Shown: piece by piece, positions 1-12,624 of the stretch | How the letters are laid out: every line of letters starts with the position of its first letter | How positions within the stretch are numbered: position 1 is the stretch's first letter | Source: Antedon mediterranea | Taxonomy: Eukaryota > Animalia > Echinodermata | Reading direction: 5' to 3' | Length of the DNA: 64,000 nt | Assembly: GCF_964355755.1 (NCBI RefSeq) | Contig: NC_092673.1 | Location: forward strand, 22,937,648 to 23,001,647 | Made by a program: the position numbers and the translations under genes | Notes under the pieces: model-generated | Database searches by the model: none | The model's input: the letters and a program-made list of their open reading frames with translations, nothing else | What the model was told of the DNA's origin: nothing

Positions 1-862
1 TTCTTTTTAAGTTTGTTTTATTAATTTTTTTTGTAAGACTTATGTTTTGTATTTCACACTACATTCTATTATTTTTACATTTATTTTCATTCATTTTTAA
101 TTCAATAATTTTATTTATTTTTGTATGCTGTATTTCACACAACATTTATTTTGTTTCATTTTAAGTTATTATTTGGACGCACCTATATCATTAAAGTGTG
201 CCACTGTTGTAAAAATGAAGCTTCTAGATGATTTCTACCCATAGATTTTGCTGCGAATAATACAGTTTTGTTTTCACTCCCGGCTGAACTGTCGTATTCT
301 ATAGTCACCTTAAATTAACGTTTAAGGATTTGGCATTATGGCATTACATAAGTGCATAATATGATTATCATCATAAAATAGTTAATTACCAAATTCCGAT
401 GTGATAATTAACCATAAAGTAGATCAGAGATTGTGCTTATGTAGCTCATTAGTAGCAAGTACATTTCTTTTTTATCAGCAAATTATTTACAATAAGATAC
501 GATAACATGTGCGTGATCAAAATGTTTGCTATGATGCCATTATCTTGTGATTGCTGTAATTTGATATTGATCCTGATAATGTAGTTCCAGGTACTGTATG
601 AATTGTTGATTTCTTGAATAAACGGTTTTTAGACCTATAAAATAAAAGAGGGGAACACTGGCTTTTAGCCATAGGAATTTAGTTCCCTGTTGTGTTTCCA
701 TCCACTTACTTTGTGGTTGTTTTTCTTTGTTGATATTTTTTGCAATAAAGAATTATTTTATAACTTCTAAAGTACGGTAGATCCTTTTCATTTGGTTTCA
801 TTGTTGGTGACAATTAACAATTAAATTATGTAAAACGTCGACGACGGAGGATATCACTTGTT

Positions 863-1800
863 GTGTCTGTACTTGGCCCACTTTTAATTTTAATTTATGT
901 TAATGACCGGACAAATGTCAGCGAGAATCTTCAAGTGATATCCTTCGCCGACGACACTACCTTATTTTACTCATCTTCAAAGGTTGACAATTTATTTACT
1001 ACTGTTAACTATGAATTATCTAAGTTTAATGACTGGTTTATTTCAAATAAGTTATTGATTAATACCCTCAAAACTAATTACATATTATTCCATACTCCTA
1101 ATGATAAATTACAGATTGATGAAAACAAAGTGTCTCTAATGATAAAATAATTGAACGTAAACATGCAATCATCCTTTTAGGGGTTTACATCCAGGAAAAT
1201 TTGCAATGGACCAGTCATCACAATTATAATTTATAAAAAGATAGTGGTATTATAAATCGAATTAAACTTTTTTTTCCGGAATGTATTTTACTTTCTCTTT
1301 ATAATACACTTATTCTTCCTCTCATTTCCAATATTGTAATATTATCTGGGCATCTGATTATAAATGTAATATTGATACACTTATTTTGTTACAAAAACGT
1401 ATTGCTAGAATCATTACTTTTTCCCATTATCGAACCCCATCCAAACCTTTATTGAAACAACTTAATATGCTTAGTTTAAATGATCTTTATAAGCTACTAC
1501 AGACTGCTTCATCAGGTTCTACATTTATAGTAATTGTGTGTGTAATAATTAGTTATTATGAAATTATTTCATATAATTTTTTATTTATTAATAATAAACT
1601 TCCTCATTGTATGCTAGTAATGATTATAATTTGAGAATGACACGTTTATATGTTCCCTTTACAAGATTAACTAGAAATCAATTTTTTATTTCAATAGCTG
1701 GAACTTAACTATAGAACGATCTCCCTGTTAAAATAAAACTTTCTGTATCTTTAATTACTTTCAAAAAATCTGTAAAACGTTACCTATTAGCCATTTAAAC
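863..1800 (+). mobile_element. 5'-truncated, degenerate non-LTR retrotransposon (CR1/L2-group) ORF2 3' part
   Basis: RT motifs VLGPLL.LIYVND and FADDT (863-1150), followed by LQKRIARIITFSHYRTPSKPLLKQLNML (1386+). Frameshifts and stops throughout. Confidence 0.85.
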
Positions 1801-3339
1801 TAAACAACTTACTTTGTCATGCTTAATATTTTATCACTTTCGGTTTTTAACAAGACTGCGTGCGTTTAAGTGAAAGATACTAAATGAATAATCTTGTGTT
1901 GAATATTTGTTGATAAGACTATCGATATTCATAGGCACAAGAGTCAATATTTTCGGAAAATAATTGGGCATCGTTGTCATTAATAACATCTTTAAAATTA
2001 ATATCAAAAGGGTTAAAAATTAAAGAATTAAATCTATCAAAGTCAATTCTATCGTCACAAAAGTAATAGTGAATGATCAAACAATGGCCGGTTCAGTACA
2101 GAGTACGCGCATCTAACATACGGCAACAAAATGTTATCGTCCTTTAAATAGTTCACGTGTGTGAGGAGGAGGAAAAAAGTACGATCGTTTTGCTCATTGG
2201 TAGATCCCATCCTGGGGCGGGGAGAAATGTATTTAGTGTCCGAAACCCCCCTTGGCAGATCCTGGCTAGTAGTAAGTCTGTGAAAGATAATGTACCAATT
2301 CAGCTAAATTTAATTTATCGTATAATATAGGATCAAGGCTTGGGAAGGTGCACTTTTTAGGATGGTGGAACTAAGTTTAGGAAATTAAATGGAGCTGAAG
2401 CAAATTTACTTTCTACAGTACCACTACAGTAATATAAATTACTGGCCATATGAAAACGTTACAAATCAAAATCTGAGTACCACTAGGCTTATTTAAAAAA
2501 AAAAAGGTAGAAAATATAGTAACTAAACTGATGTACAGTAAGTAAAAATCTTTACCAAATTAATAGGAACTGTACTTGCTTAGAAACAACACCCGTTGAT
2601 TAAATTTAAAGTAGATCAAAGATTTTGCTTCTATAGGTCATTAGTAACAAGTTCATTTGTTTTTTATCAGCAAATTTATTTATAATAAGATACGATAACA
2701 CGTGAGCGTGATCAAATGTTTGATATGATGCCATTATCTTTCAGAGCTTACAATAATAATTGATATGAATGCAGAATGCAGTTATGAAATGTCAACAAAT
2801 TATGATTGCTCTTTAATTTTAGAAATTATTCCTGATAATGTCCTTCCATGTACTGTGGGAGTTGTTCTTAAATAAATGTTTTTAGTTTTTGTTTTACCTA
2901 TCAAATAAAAGAGGGGAACAATGGCTTTTAGCCATAGGAATTTAGTTCCTGTTTGTGTTTTCAGTAACTTACTTTGTGGCTGTTTTTTGTTGTTGTTGTG
3001 ATGTTTTTAGAGAAAGAATAAAAATAAGAAAATCAAAACGTAAACATATTATCTTGATATACAATGCCACCAAAGACATTTATTAACTATAATTGCTGTA
3101 CTGGAATTATGTTAATAATAGCAATTATTATCATCATCATCATCATCATTATCAACAACAGCTTTTGTTGAAATTGATTCAGTTTTGCTTAGATTCAAGT
3201 CGATGATTTTAATATACAATATACAGTAGGCCTATCCACTGTTATTTTATAACGTCCAAAGTACGGTAGATCCTTTTCATTTGGTTTGATTGTAGGCGAC
3301 ATGATATTCAATAGACAGGTTACTTTTGTTAACCAATAC

Positions 3340-3436
3340 AATGCGACATCACCGAGCCACTATGTCGGTCGGTTGGTCGGTCAGTAAACACTATAACTTG
3401 AGCACGCGACTGCAGCCATCTATATGGCCTTGTTTT
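3340..3436 (+). mobile_element. Short Helentron-associated (HINE/DINE-like) element remnant
   Basis: Short element with an internal (GGTC)n tract, a repeated gcgac motif and a ...ggccttgttt end. The family assignment is pattern-based inference. Confidence 0.3.
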
Positions 3437-5190
3437 GTTGTGAGATAATACAATGATCTACTTATAGCTCCTTTTTTGTACTGATTTTCCACCACGTCAT
3501 TTTCAGTCAAAAATAAGGATCTTACCAAATTTAAACCTCGGATAGATATTGTGTTCACGGACGACTCCATTAAATGTTGGAGGCCATCAAGACAACGGTC
3601 ACAATTGGGACTTTTTATTATTTTACTAATTTTAGGTCGTACGTTATCTTTATCGATTCTTGATCCCTTTTGTCTTTCTACCCGGTGGAGGTTGCAACTC
3701 TCTGATTGCTCTTGTTTATTTAGTGTTTTCACAGTATCAAGAAAAACTTATAAAGTGAACCACTAGGCCTAAGTAAACCAAAATCTTGTTCGCATTTACA
3801 TCACTACAAACCTTTTATATGATGATTTTTACCGATAGTTTCAGAATGCCCGATAAAATCATGTGCGCCATTATTCTATTAAAAACTTTCCCTTCAACAG
3901 GAAGTTAGCTAGGCATTATAGACAATAGTTTTATTATTATTTTATTTATTTATGAGTATTATCATGAAAAAGTTAAAAGATCAGTGACCATTGATATACA
4001 CTAGACTATTGTCTTCTTTCCGATTCCAGAAAACTTAGACACCCCCTTCAACTGTTTTTTCTTTTCTTCCATCCAGTTGTTTGATTTTTTTAAATCTATT
4101 TCTCCCACCTCTTCTTTGACGTTTTCATTTTTTATTTTGTTTTGGTTGTCTTAAGACATTTTTTAATAATTTGTATTTTTTGATTACAATACAGAAGGTA
4201 CTGTAATATAACTATTTACTGGCCATATGAAAACGTTAAAAATCAAAATCTCAGTACCAATACTCTTAAAAGGTAGAAAATAGTAACTAGACTGATGTAC
4301 AGTAAGTAAAACACGACACATTGATTAACCCTAAAGTAGATCAGAGATGTACTTATAGCTCGTTAGTAAGCAAGTAAATTTCTTTTTATCAGCAAAAGTA
4401 TTTACAATAAGATACAGTACATGTGCGTGATCAAATGTTTGCTATGATGATCTTTCACAATAATAATTGATATGAATGCAGAATGCAGTTGTGAAATGTC
4501 AACAAATTATGATTGCTGTATTTTTGGAAATTAATCCTGATGTGTTTCCAGGTATTGTGGGAGATGTTGATTTCTTGAATAAACAGTTTTTGTTAAACTA
4601 TCAAATAAAAGAGAGTACACTGGCTTTTAGCCATAGGAATATATTTCCCTGTTGTGTTTACAGCCACTTACTTTGTGGTTGTTGTTTTTTTTTTGTGACA
4701 TTTTTTGCAATAAAGAATAAAAATAATAAAATCAAAACTTAAACATATTATCCAATACTTCACATCATAAATTACCAATTCATATTTTATCATTAAAATA
4801 TTTTAAATTCAACATGCATGAGATGGTGGACACGTTGAAGTCTGTCCCGCTCATGCACATTGTCACTTTCTGAATCGCACCCTAGATTAATAATTCACAC
4901 AGCACAAAGTCCCATTTCCAGTATTGCTTTGATTTTGTAGCTTACAAATATTTCAAAGTCAAAGAATACTCCGTGTATAACAAAATCAATGGCCGTAAAT
5001 AGTTCCGAATTTTATTGTAAAAAAATAATTTGTCAGGGGCCGGGAAGCGATTTTTTTTTTCGTACAGAAGTTGGGGCCACTTATGTGAAAGATAGCCGAA
5101 CTACTTCCTAAATATAACTAAACCTAACCCTCTAAATAATCTCTCTCACTATAAAGTAAAAAGAACTTGCTCATCGGATTCGAACTGTAA

Positions 5191-5480
5191 TTGAGTGGAG
5201 TTGTGGCTGTTGAGTGGAGTTGTGGCTTGTTGAGTGGAGTTGTGGCTTGGTAGTTATGATGCTTGGCTACCCAAGGGTCCTGTGTTCAAGTCCCGTCACA
5301 TGTCAGGGTTTTTTCTAAGGACCAAATTACTCCACTCCCAAAGACTTGTAATAAGACTTTGTTTATGTAAAGCATCTTGTGTATATGTTTGTCTTGTGAA
5401 CCTCTGAGGGTCCCTAATGATCAGCAATAGCTGGATGGATCACCCTCATTAAATATGGTTTTAAAAAAAACCAAAAAAAG
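5191..5480 (+). mobile_element. tRNA-derived SINE with triplicated 5' head
   Basis: ttgagtggagttgtggct x3 (5191-5248), A-box-like tggcttggtag, B-box gttcaagtccc (5284-5294) and an A-rich tail at ~5463-5479. No intact cloverleaf. Confidence 0.65.
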
Positions 5481-6155
5481 TTTCTCCATTTTTTTTTTAC
5501 TTGATTCATAAATAAACTTTAGATTGAGGAGTTTTTTGTTTAAAAAAATGTCGTCGCACATAAAAAAAAGTGTTTGTTTTTACCCTACTTTTTAAGAGTT
5601 TTATATATGCTAATTAGTAATTAATTAGTAAAACTCTTAGGATTTAATGATTTTTCTTTAAACTTAACTACATTAGATGCTAGGTAACGTAAGTGTAAAA
5701 TATTAAAACGCTAAAATTAAAATTAATGTAAATTATACACCAAAAATTAACAAAATTGGCCGAAAACCGTTATTTTTCGATTTTCTCGAAAACTAAGGGA
5801 TATTTTACCAAACAAACTACACAGTATCAGTTTTTTCTTACATAAAGGTCTACCAATGTACAAAATATGAGCCAATTCGAAATTTTAACCCTTAGTCCGA
5901 TGTGTACACCAAAACTCCCAAAAATCCTTATCCAAGACATGTTTTACCACCATGGTCGAGATACCTTGAACGTGTGCCGATTTTAGCTATGGTTTTGGGG
6001 TAGTAGGCCTAAAGGATAATCCTCATAAACTTAATTTCATCGTAATAATACACTTAAAAATTACATTATTTAATGATGTTTCAATTATTAATAAACTGTT
6101 TATGTGCATGATATTATATAAGTATTTATTATTAATAAACATTTTTGTTTTTTAG

Positions 6156-6470
6156 GATTTGTTAAGCAAAATCCCAACTGATACCTCATTGGACCAAGCT
6201 TTAAGTAGGGGATTTCTGATTGGTCAGTTTTTATGTCACAGCCTAAAGATTATTAGTTTCATTCCTCCAACCAATCAGTCAGTAATCAATCTATTTGTTC
6301 AGACCCTTGAACTTTTGTCCATGCTTGAAGAGTCAACAGAGGGTGCTGTTCAAGAAATGTTAGTGGTTACAAAACAGTATTGGATATTTCACAACCTTGT
6401 TTTATGTATGGAGGACAGTGAAGAAAAATCTACATTGCAACAAAAAATAAAAACTCTGAAAGCCATGTAA
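6156..6470 (+). CDS. GEMIN4: Terminal coding exon of a gene whose upstream exons are not seen; resembles the GEMIN4 C-terminus
   Basis: Strong acceptor tttttgttttttag at 6155, open frame to TAA, AATAAA at ~6845. The peptide FLIGQFLCHSLKII...LFVQTLELL...EEKSTLQQKIKTL matches my recollection of the vertebrate GEMIN4 end (FCHALHI...LYVLALETL...EERRQTLLQKMSSF). Not confirmed by search. Confidence 0.5.
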   Translation, partial: DLLSKIPTDTSLDQALSRGFLIGQFLCHSLKIISFIPPTNQSVINLFVQTLELLSMLEESTEGAVQEMLVVTKQYWIFHNLVLCMEDSEEKSTLQQKIKTLKAM

Positions 6471-7249
6471 TGCAGCATTGTGATTTAGTTTACAACTACC
6501 AGATATACTGTGACTTCAGCTTGGTTCCTACTAGCAACGCAACGCAAGGACGTAAATGCAATATAAGCATTTATTATACGTTACCATTATAAGTATACAA
6601 TTTAATCAAATACTATGTAAACTATTTATTGTATATCAGGAATGGAAAATGTCACTTATTAAAAAGAAAAAGAGGCTGAATAATGACAACAATGAGTCCA
6701 CATTTGAATCAATATTCATGATTAAATTTTATAGGTTCTAATTTTCTGCTCCAGAGATACAGGCATTATTTCTGTTCTTCATTACAACCCCAACATTTTT
6801 GTGAACTCTAAGTTTCAATATAAACCATTTAAAATTATTAAATTAATAAACCAAATAAATTGTAGAATCATAGGCTACTAATAACAGTGTTTTTATGCAA
6901 AAGAAAGTAAAACATCTGCAAAAGGTGTATTTATTTTGGTCCAGTTAAAGCACAAATTTCTATAAATCATAGTTTAATGTTAGGTTTGATGAAAGTTATA
7001 TATTAAATCAGGAATTATATATTAAATCAGGAATATTTTAACTCTTGCCTATTTAAAATGGTTTATAAAAAAGTGATACTTAATATTTTTGCTTAAAGGT
7101 ATATTTAGTGTTGTATAGTAATGTGTAACCTACTTACTAAAACTGATATTAAATGGCTACTTAAAAGTTATAATGAATATATAGTGTTGGGTTATACTGT
7201 TGTTAGCATAGGGTAACTCTATGTTTACTTTACTTACTGATACTTCGGT

Positions 7250-9150
7250 CTACTTAAAAGTGATGAGATAACTAGGGTATGCTTGTACATCATGGAATAT
7301 AACGATAATTTGGGGATTGGTAGGATCATTACATACACTGTGAAAGCCATGGTGGTACAATCATACCTGGTTGTCCCTTTGTACATTGAACTACAAGAAC
7401 ATTGCACAAGAAGATGTGTTTTTGTCCGTTTGCATTTCATTTTGATTAGGTGTCACGAGCAGAATAACCAGCAGAGGTAGCGAAATAGGTTCCGTGTCCA
7501 AAATTTGCAGCTGCTGTAAATATATAATACAGTAATATATAATACATTCAACATTTATCATGATAAAACCAGTCATTTTATGTGAACCTAAAACTATTAA
7601 ATAATGTAATCAGCTTAATTTGAACGATTTCTCTTCATATGCTAAACATATCATGATGATAAATAAATTTTATTGCAAATTTGGGGGAATAACTTGCAAC
7701 TTGCAGCCTCACCTTTGCTGAATTGGGCACAGGTATGGACAACATATACAAAGATTCCCACTAAGGGTCCCTTCATGTCGAGTGCTGCCAAGAAGCATGA
7801 TAACTAAATCACGATAAGCAGTTATTTTGTAATTTATTGTCATGTAAAAATATATCTTTAAACTATTCATACCATTTTTCCCAGCAAAGCTTCTGTTAAA
7901 ACCCCTTTTGTTGATCTTGTCAATGGTTCCTTCATCAGTGGCATGATATAAGACTCTTTCAAATTGTGTACCTGGCATGGTCTCTGAAAATGATTCCCTT
8001 TTAGCAGCATACTGTTTCCATAACTCGATGTTTTGAATGCGACTTATCTATAAAAGGTTTATTATTATAATGAATGTAAGCATTCTATGGACAATTTGTT
8101 GTCAACTGATATGTTTGTAATGTCAAGTGTCTCTATCAGTGACGTCGTTTTAGTAAAATGTTGATACATCGGCATAGGTTAAGTGTTTAGTAAAATGTCG
8201 GTCGGTACTGTACACGTATGTTATACCTCCTTGCTGTACGTCGATATGTTGGATATGCAGGCAAAACAATTTAGGACTGGTTGATACTGTTCGTGTAATG
8301 AAGCAGTGAACTTAACCACAACATCTTGATATTCACTACTATCTGGCAGAACATCTTTATCTAGTTGTTGACTTTTATTCATTATATGTCCAAGTGGTAG
8401 GGGCATTGAATCCAACTAAACAGAATAGGAAAATTGTTGTTACTCAGCAATTTTAGACAATTAGATGCTATCCATAGTATGTTTATAATTCTACCATCGC
8501 ATAGCCATGAATGTGATGTTTTTCTCAATTCTGATATGCAGTACTAACTCCATACATTCAACAGCATTTTTATAAACACCTTTAATATGACTTTTCATTA
8601 AATAACATGAAGGAAGCTAAAATAAATTATATTGCACCATCTGAAAAATCTGGCTGCAGCTTCTAAAAAAATTATCTATAGGCATGTAGAAATAATATTA
8701 TTTTCTAATTTTGAACAATATTCACCATTAAAAGGAGAAACTAAATACTGTACTACCAATGTCTATTTTATGATTTATCAAAAGGAAAAAAAAAATACAA
8801 ACATATATTTAAACTTAATTGTTAAAAAATAGAATAATTATTATGTTAAATCAGTTTCTATCATCTTCTTGAAGTTCACTTCATACTTATGATCATTATC
8901 TGCAGTATATTCTACTTGTTCTTCTTTCTTTGTGTATGCTCTTTCCAACAAAACTGTAATATCATCATCAAATTCTACCATATTACCTTCTTCACTTTTG
9001 TAAAGCCATTTAATCTCTTGTCTTCTTTTTCAGCTTTGTATATATTTTTTGTAAAATGATTGATATATCACTTTGAACAGCGTTTACGTTAACAGTCTTG
9101 CCACATATTTCAACAGTGTTTGAACTGATATTTGTAGTGTCTATTTTCAC
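7250..9150 (-). pseudogene. PARP14/15-like mono-ADP-ribosyltransferase pseudogene fragment (WWE + catalytic domain)
   Basis: Exon-like pieces: 9150-~8845 (WWE: KWLYKSEEGNMVEFDDDITVLLERAY...YEVNFKKMIETD); ~8415-8270 (DSSEYQDVVVKF); 8047-7873 (ISRIQNIELWKQY...LYHAT...GFNRSFAGKN); 7513-7250 (FGHGTYFATSAGYSARDT*SK*...NVLV...IVPP / NPQIIVIFHDVQAYPSYLITFK*). Two in-frame stops and several frameshifts. Confidence 0.88.
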
Positions 9151-9479
9151 CTAAAATTAAATTGAATAGGCCATTTCGCAGTTTTATAGAAAAGCAAGTT
9201 ATGGAAGTCTAGATTATTGACTGTAATCACAATCTATTAACAGTTTATTATGGTGCTTTTGATATATTGTTGATACTGTGTATACTGTAACCATACTGTG
9301 TACAATACACCGCGCTATTTGAGAGTAAATATGTATGTATAATGTATTTAGGTGTTTATTGTTTAATTCATTGGGGGTTTTTTTTCAATATATAAAAAAA
9401 TATTTATTCAATTAGGTACTGTAATAATTATATTAAATAAAATAAAATTATATACCAGTTTAAACTACCTTTAATTCTT

Positions 9480-10020
9480 CTCTCAGAAGCAAAGAATACT
9501 AAGTCTAGCGCCACCAAGGGCGTCTCCAATTATAGAGGGATCTCATCAATCGATCGGTTTTATTTTTTGAAGAGTGACTCATTTTCCTATTCTTTGTCAT
9601 GGATATACGACGCTTTCCAATCAATTTGAACCGATATGACTTAACCGTTGTAAACACGACGGGTTTATTTACGTCTTTAAACTTGTGATTATAGACGTAT
9701 TATTCATTGACTATAATTATGTAAATGAGTATATTAAAATATACTATATTAAGATTACATTTGGTGAGTATCATTGAGTTTGTTTAAATCCATACTTGCA
9801 TATAAATGTGACGAATATTTAGCTCTAGCCTACGCCTGCCTGGCTAGCTAGGCTAGGCCTAGGAAAAATCTGGGTTGGCCTAGGCTAGGGCCTATTATAG
9901 AATAGGCCCTAGTAGCTAGCCTACACTCTGCTCTGTACACCCACCCCGGCCTTATCTATCAGTGTTAGTAAGCCTGTGCCAACTACTTATCTATACTATA
10001 GGCCTAGTAAGGGTAGGCTT
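9480..10020 (+). promoter_or_regulatory. Putative promoter / non-coding first exon (possibly of crumbs)
   Basis: CpG-containing patch with a CTCF-core-like tagcgccacc (9506-9515), a good donor ttg|gtgagt at 9763/9764, then a dense TAGGCCTA/CTAG cluster. The crumbs ATG exon starts at an acceptor (18229), so an upstream exon is expected. Linking the two is inference. Confidence 0.3.
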
Positions 10021-10600
10021 ATTACAGACCAATGTCATACAGGTAGAAAGAAATTTGTTATAGTCCCGTCCCGTGTATTTGCTGAGACTGAGTGAATCTC
10101 ACTCCCACTTTATGTGGGCCAAAACGTCTCACTTAAGCCTGGCGCACACTAGTCTAGAGCTTTCGGCTGAGCCAACTGGCACGAATAACACTTGGCTCCC
10201 AGTGTGCGCCGGGGATTTCATGAGGAATCGGCCAAGCGTGCCGCTGAGGAAAATATCTATCGTGTTTAATATTGTGCGCCAAACGTGAGCAGATAGCTCA
10301 CTAAAAAATTCCACTGCACATGACATGTTCTGATTAATTTTAATATGTCAGCGCGTGCCGTTTTTAAGTTTTTAAAGGTGTTTAACTATCCGTATTTTAT
10401 TAAAATTGGCAATGTTGATATTAAATATAAAATAAATTACTAAAAAAACATAATTTCATATTCAATATTACTTCGAAATCTTTGTTTATTTCATGCATTC
10501 GCAACAGCGAGGTTGTAACCTGTTTACATCGTTCGTGTGGCTAAATAATTATTATTTTTCAGAATGTTTGCTTTATTGCATTTTTATCCCTAGGAGTTAC

Positions 10601-12624
10601 GGATGCTAGTCAAGTCGCCCCATCGCAAAGTCGCCCCATACAAAGTCGCCCCTTACACAGTCGCCCCATCGCAAAGTCGCCCCAAAACAAAGTCGCCCCG
10701 ACACAGTCGCCCTATCGCAAAGTCGCCCCATCGCAAAGTCGCCCCAACGCAAAGTCGCCCCATCGCAAAGTCGCCCCATCACAAAGTCGCCCTATCGCAA
10801 AGTCGCCCAAAACGTTAAAAAAATAGTTTACAAGTGCGTAAAATGTCGCAATGATACACAAAATAACACGGAACGTGTGTAGGCATAAAAGGGGAAGCCC
10901 CGCCATGTAGTCTCAGGTCACACGATCGGCACACACCACCCCCCATCATCAGAGTGGAAACCCCGACTCAGCGGTCGCACTAACGTGCTAGCTTACCAGC
11001 AGAGGGAAGCCCCGTAATTACTCCGCCGTTGTCGCACTACAACGCACCATCTGAAGATGGGGAAACCCCGCCAGAGTTTTACGATGAATATTTATTGTTA
11101 TTATTTAGGCCTATATTAATAATTGATTTTTGTTTTTATTTTACAGGTCAGTATGATGGGAAAGATGTGTGCCTTAAAAAAATGACAATTTGTAAACATA
11201 GTTTAAGATTATAGTATTATCCAGCATAATGTCATTTAACAGTACATAATTATTTAAATGTGAAATATTTTATAGGAAACGTAGGCTGCGTCTGTGTCTT
11301 TTATTTTATATGCAACAAATTACGTAAAACAATTTATTTATAAACATTCAGTTTAGTATTATATACATAGTATTACAATGAACATTGATTGTAAGCCTGG
11401 AAAGGCAATCCCATCATTATATCAATTATAAAATTGCATCATATCACCACTATATGTCGTAAATGATGACATGCGTGTGTGTATTCGTCGTACGTCTGTG
11501 TACGTATTATTCCGTGCCTCTTCACTGTCTTGTTTAATTTAAAATTAAATATACACCCGATATGAGGATATTTATTAGGCATGTTAATTAGAATGTTCTA
11601 AAACCAAAAGGGTTGAAATGAATTTCTTCAGTAAAATGGTCATTGTGCTGTTGAATAAAAGTCGACTCGCCATCTTAAACATTCCCTGAAACCAATCGGA
11701 GCTGCGCCTTCTGTTATCTGTTTCCTCACAGCTGCTACGTCTTTCTGCTGACCGTCGGGGATTCCCCTTTTTAAAAAACACGCACACGATACTGTACGAT
11801 GGTTTTTCTATGGTCAAAATGTAGCGTTTTAAATTTTACTAAAATACCTGCATGTAGGCCTAAAACAATCATATCGGCGATGAAATCCTTTTTTTTTTCT
11901 TCATTTTGAAAAGTCATTATAAAAGTAAGACACATAACTTGTCAATAAATGCAAAATGATCAATAAGTAGCCTATAACACTCATTGTCTTACAACACTGT
12001 TTTACAACTCATTGTCTTACAAATCTATACGAAGGCCTACACATTTATGATTTATACATTTATTATATTATCCTAAAAAATGAGCTGGTATCCAGGCGTA
12101 GGTTGAAGAAAGATTCGTAATTGTGGCTCTGGTAACTAATTTAACATTTTCGAAACTATAAATCAGGGATAATCTTTTTAGAACTTTCAAACAAGGGACT
12201 ATTTTTTTAATGATTTTTAAAAAGCACTTCATTAAAACCTGTAAAATAAAAATTAAAACACAAATTATGTATATAATAGGATAAACATTGTAATGTAGGC
12301 CTATACGACATTTAGCGCGACCAAAGTAACAACGCAATCGATATCAAACGCAACCGATATGATTAAAACAGCGTACTACTACGGCGGCGCTTCATAATCA
12401 TACCGAAATAAAACCGTGGGCGACTTTGCGATGGGGCGACTTTGCGATGGGGCGACTTTGCGATGGGGCGACTTTGCGCTGGGGCGACTTTGTAATGGGC
12501 CGACTTTGTAATGGGGCGACTGTGCCTGGGCGACTTTGTTTTGGGGCGACTTTGCGATGGGGCGACTTTGTATTGGGCGACTTTGTATGGGGCGACTTTG
12601 CGATGGGGCGACTTGACTGGATCC
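10601..12624. mobile_element. Non-autonomous foldback-type DNA transposon (MULE/TU-like) with tandem-repeat TIRs
   Basis: ~210-bp TIRs, each with 13 copies of a 14-16 bp unit (aaagtcgccccatcgc). Termini ggat...atcc. Flanking direct repeat aggagttac/cggagttac (9 bp with one mismatch; 8 bp exact). Confidence 0.9.

Larger units (their letters stand above)
405..4752 (+). repeat. Three diverged direct copies of a ~0.4-0.6 kb segment (about 405-800, 2423-3052, 4200-4752)
   Basis: Shared blocks such as aaagtagatca.agat, ttttatcagcaaa..tatttacaataagatac, gcgtgatcaaatgtttg, tggcttttagccataggaat and cttactttgtgg occur at ~416/2608/4333 onward. aaagtacggtagatccttttcatttggttt occurs at 769 and 3258. Confidence 0.85.

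Noticed and set aside
4476-4742. 88-aa ORF in the triplicated block
   Set aside because: The frame is broken by indels in the other two copies and has no recognisable motif.
5235-5300. tRNA gene
   Set aside because: A and B boxes are present, but there is no consistent acceptor or anticodon stem, and the sequence continues into a SINE body and A-rich tail.
10611-10810. CRISPR-like array
   Set aside because: The units are contiguous 14-16 bp repeats without unique spacers and are mirrored at 12417-12615 as a TIR. The context is eukaryotic and there are no cas genes.
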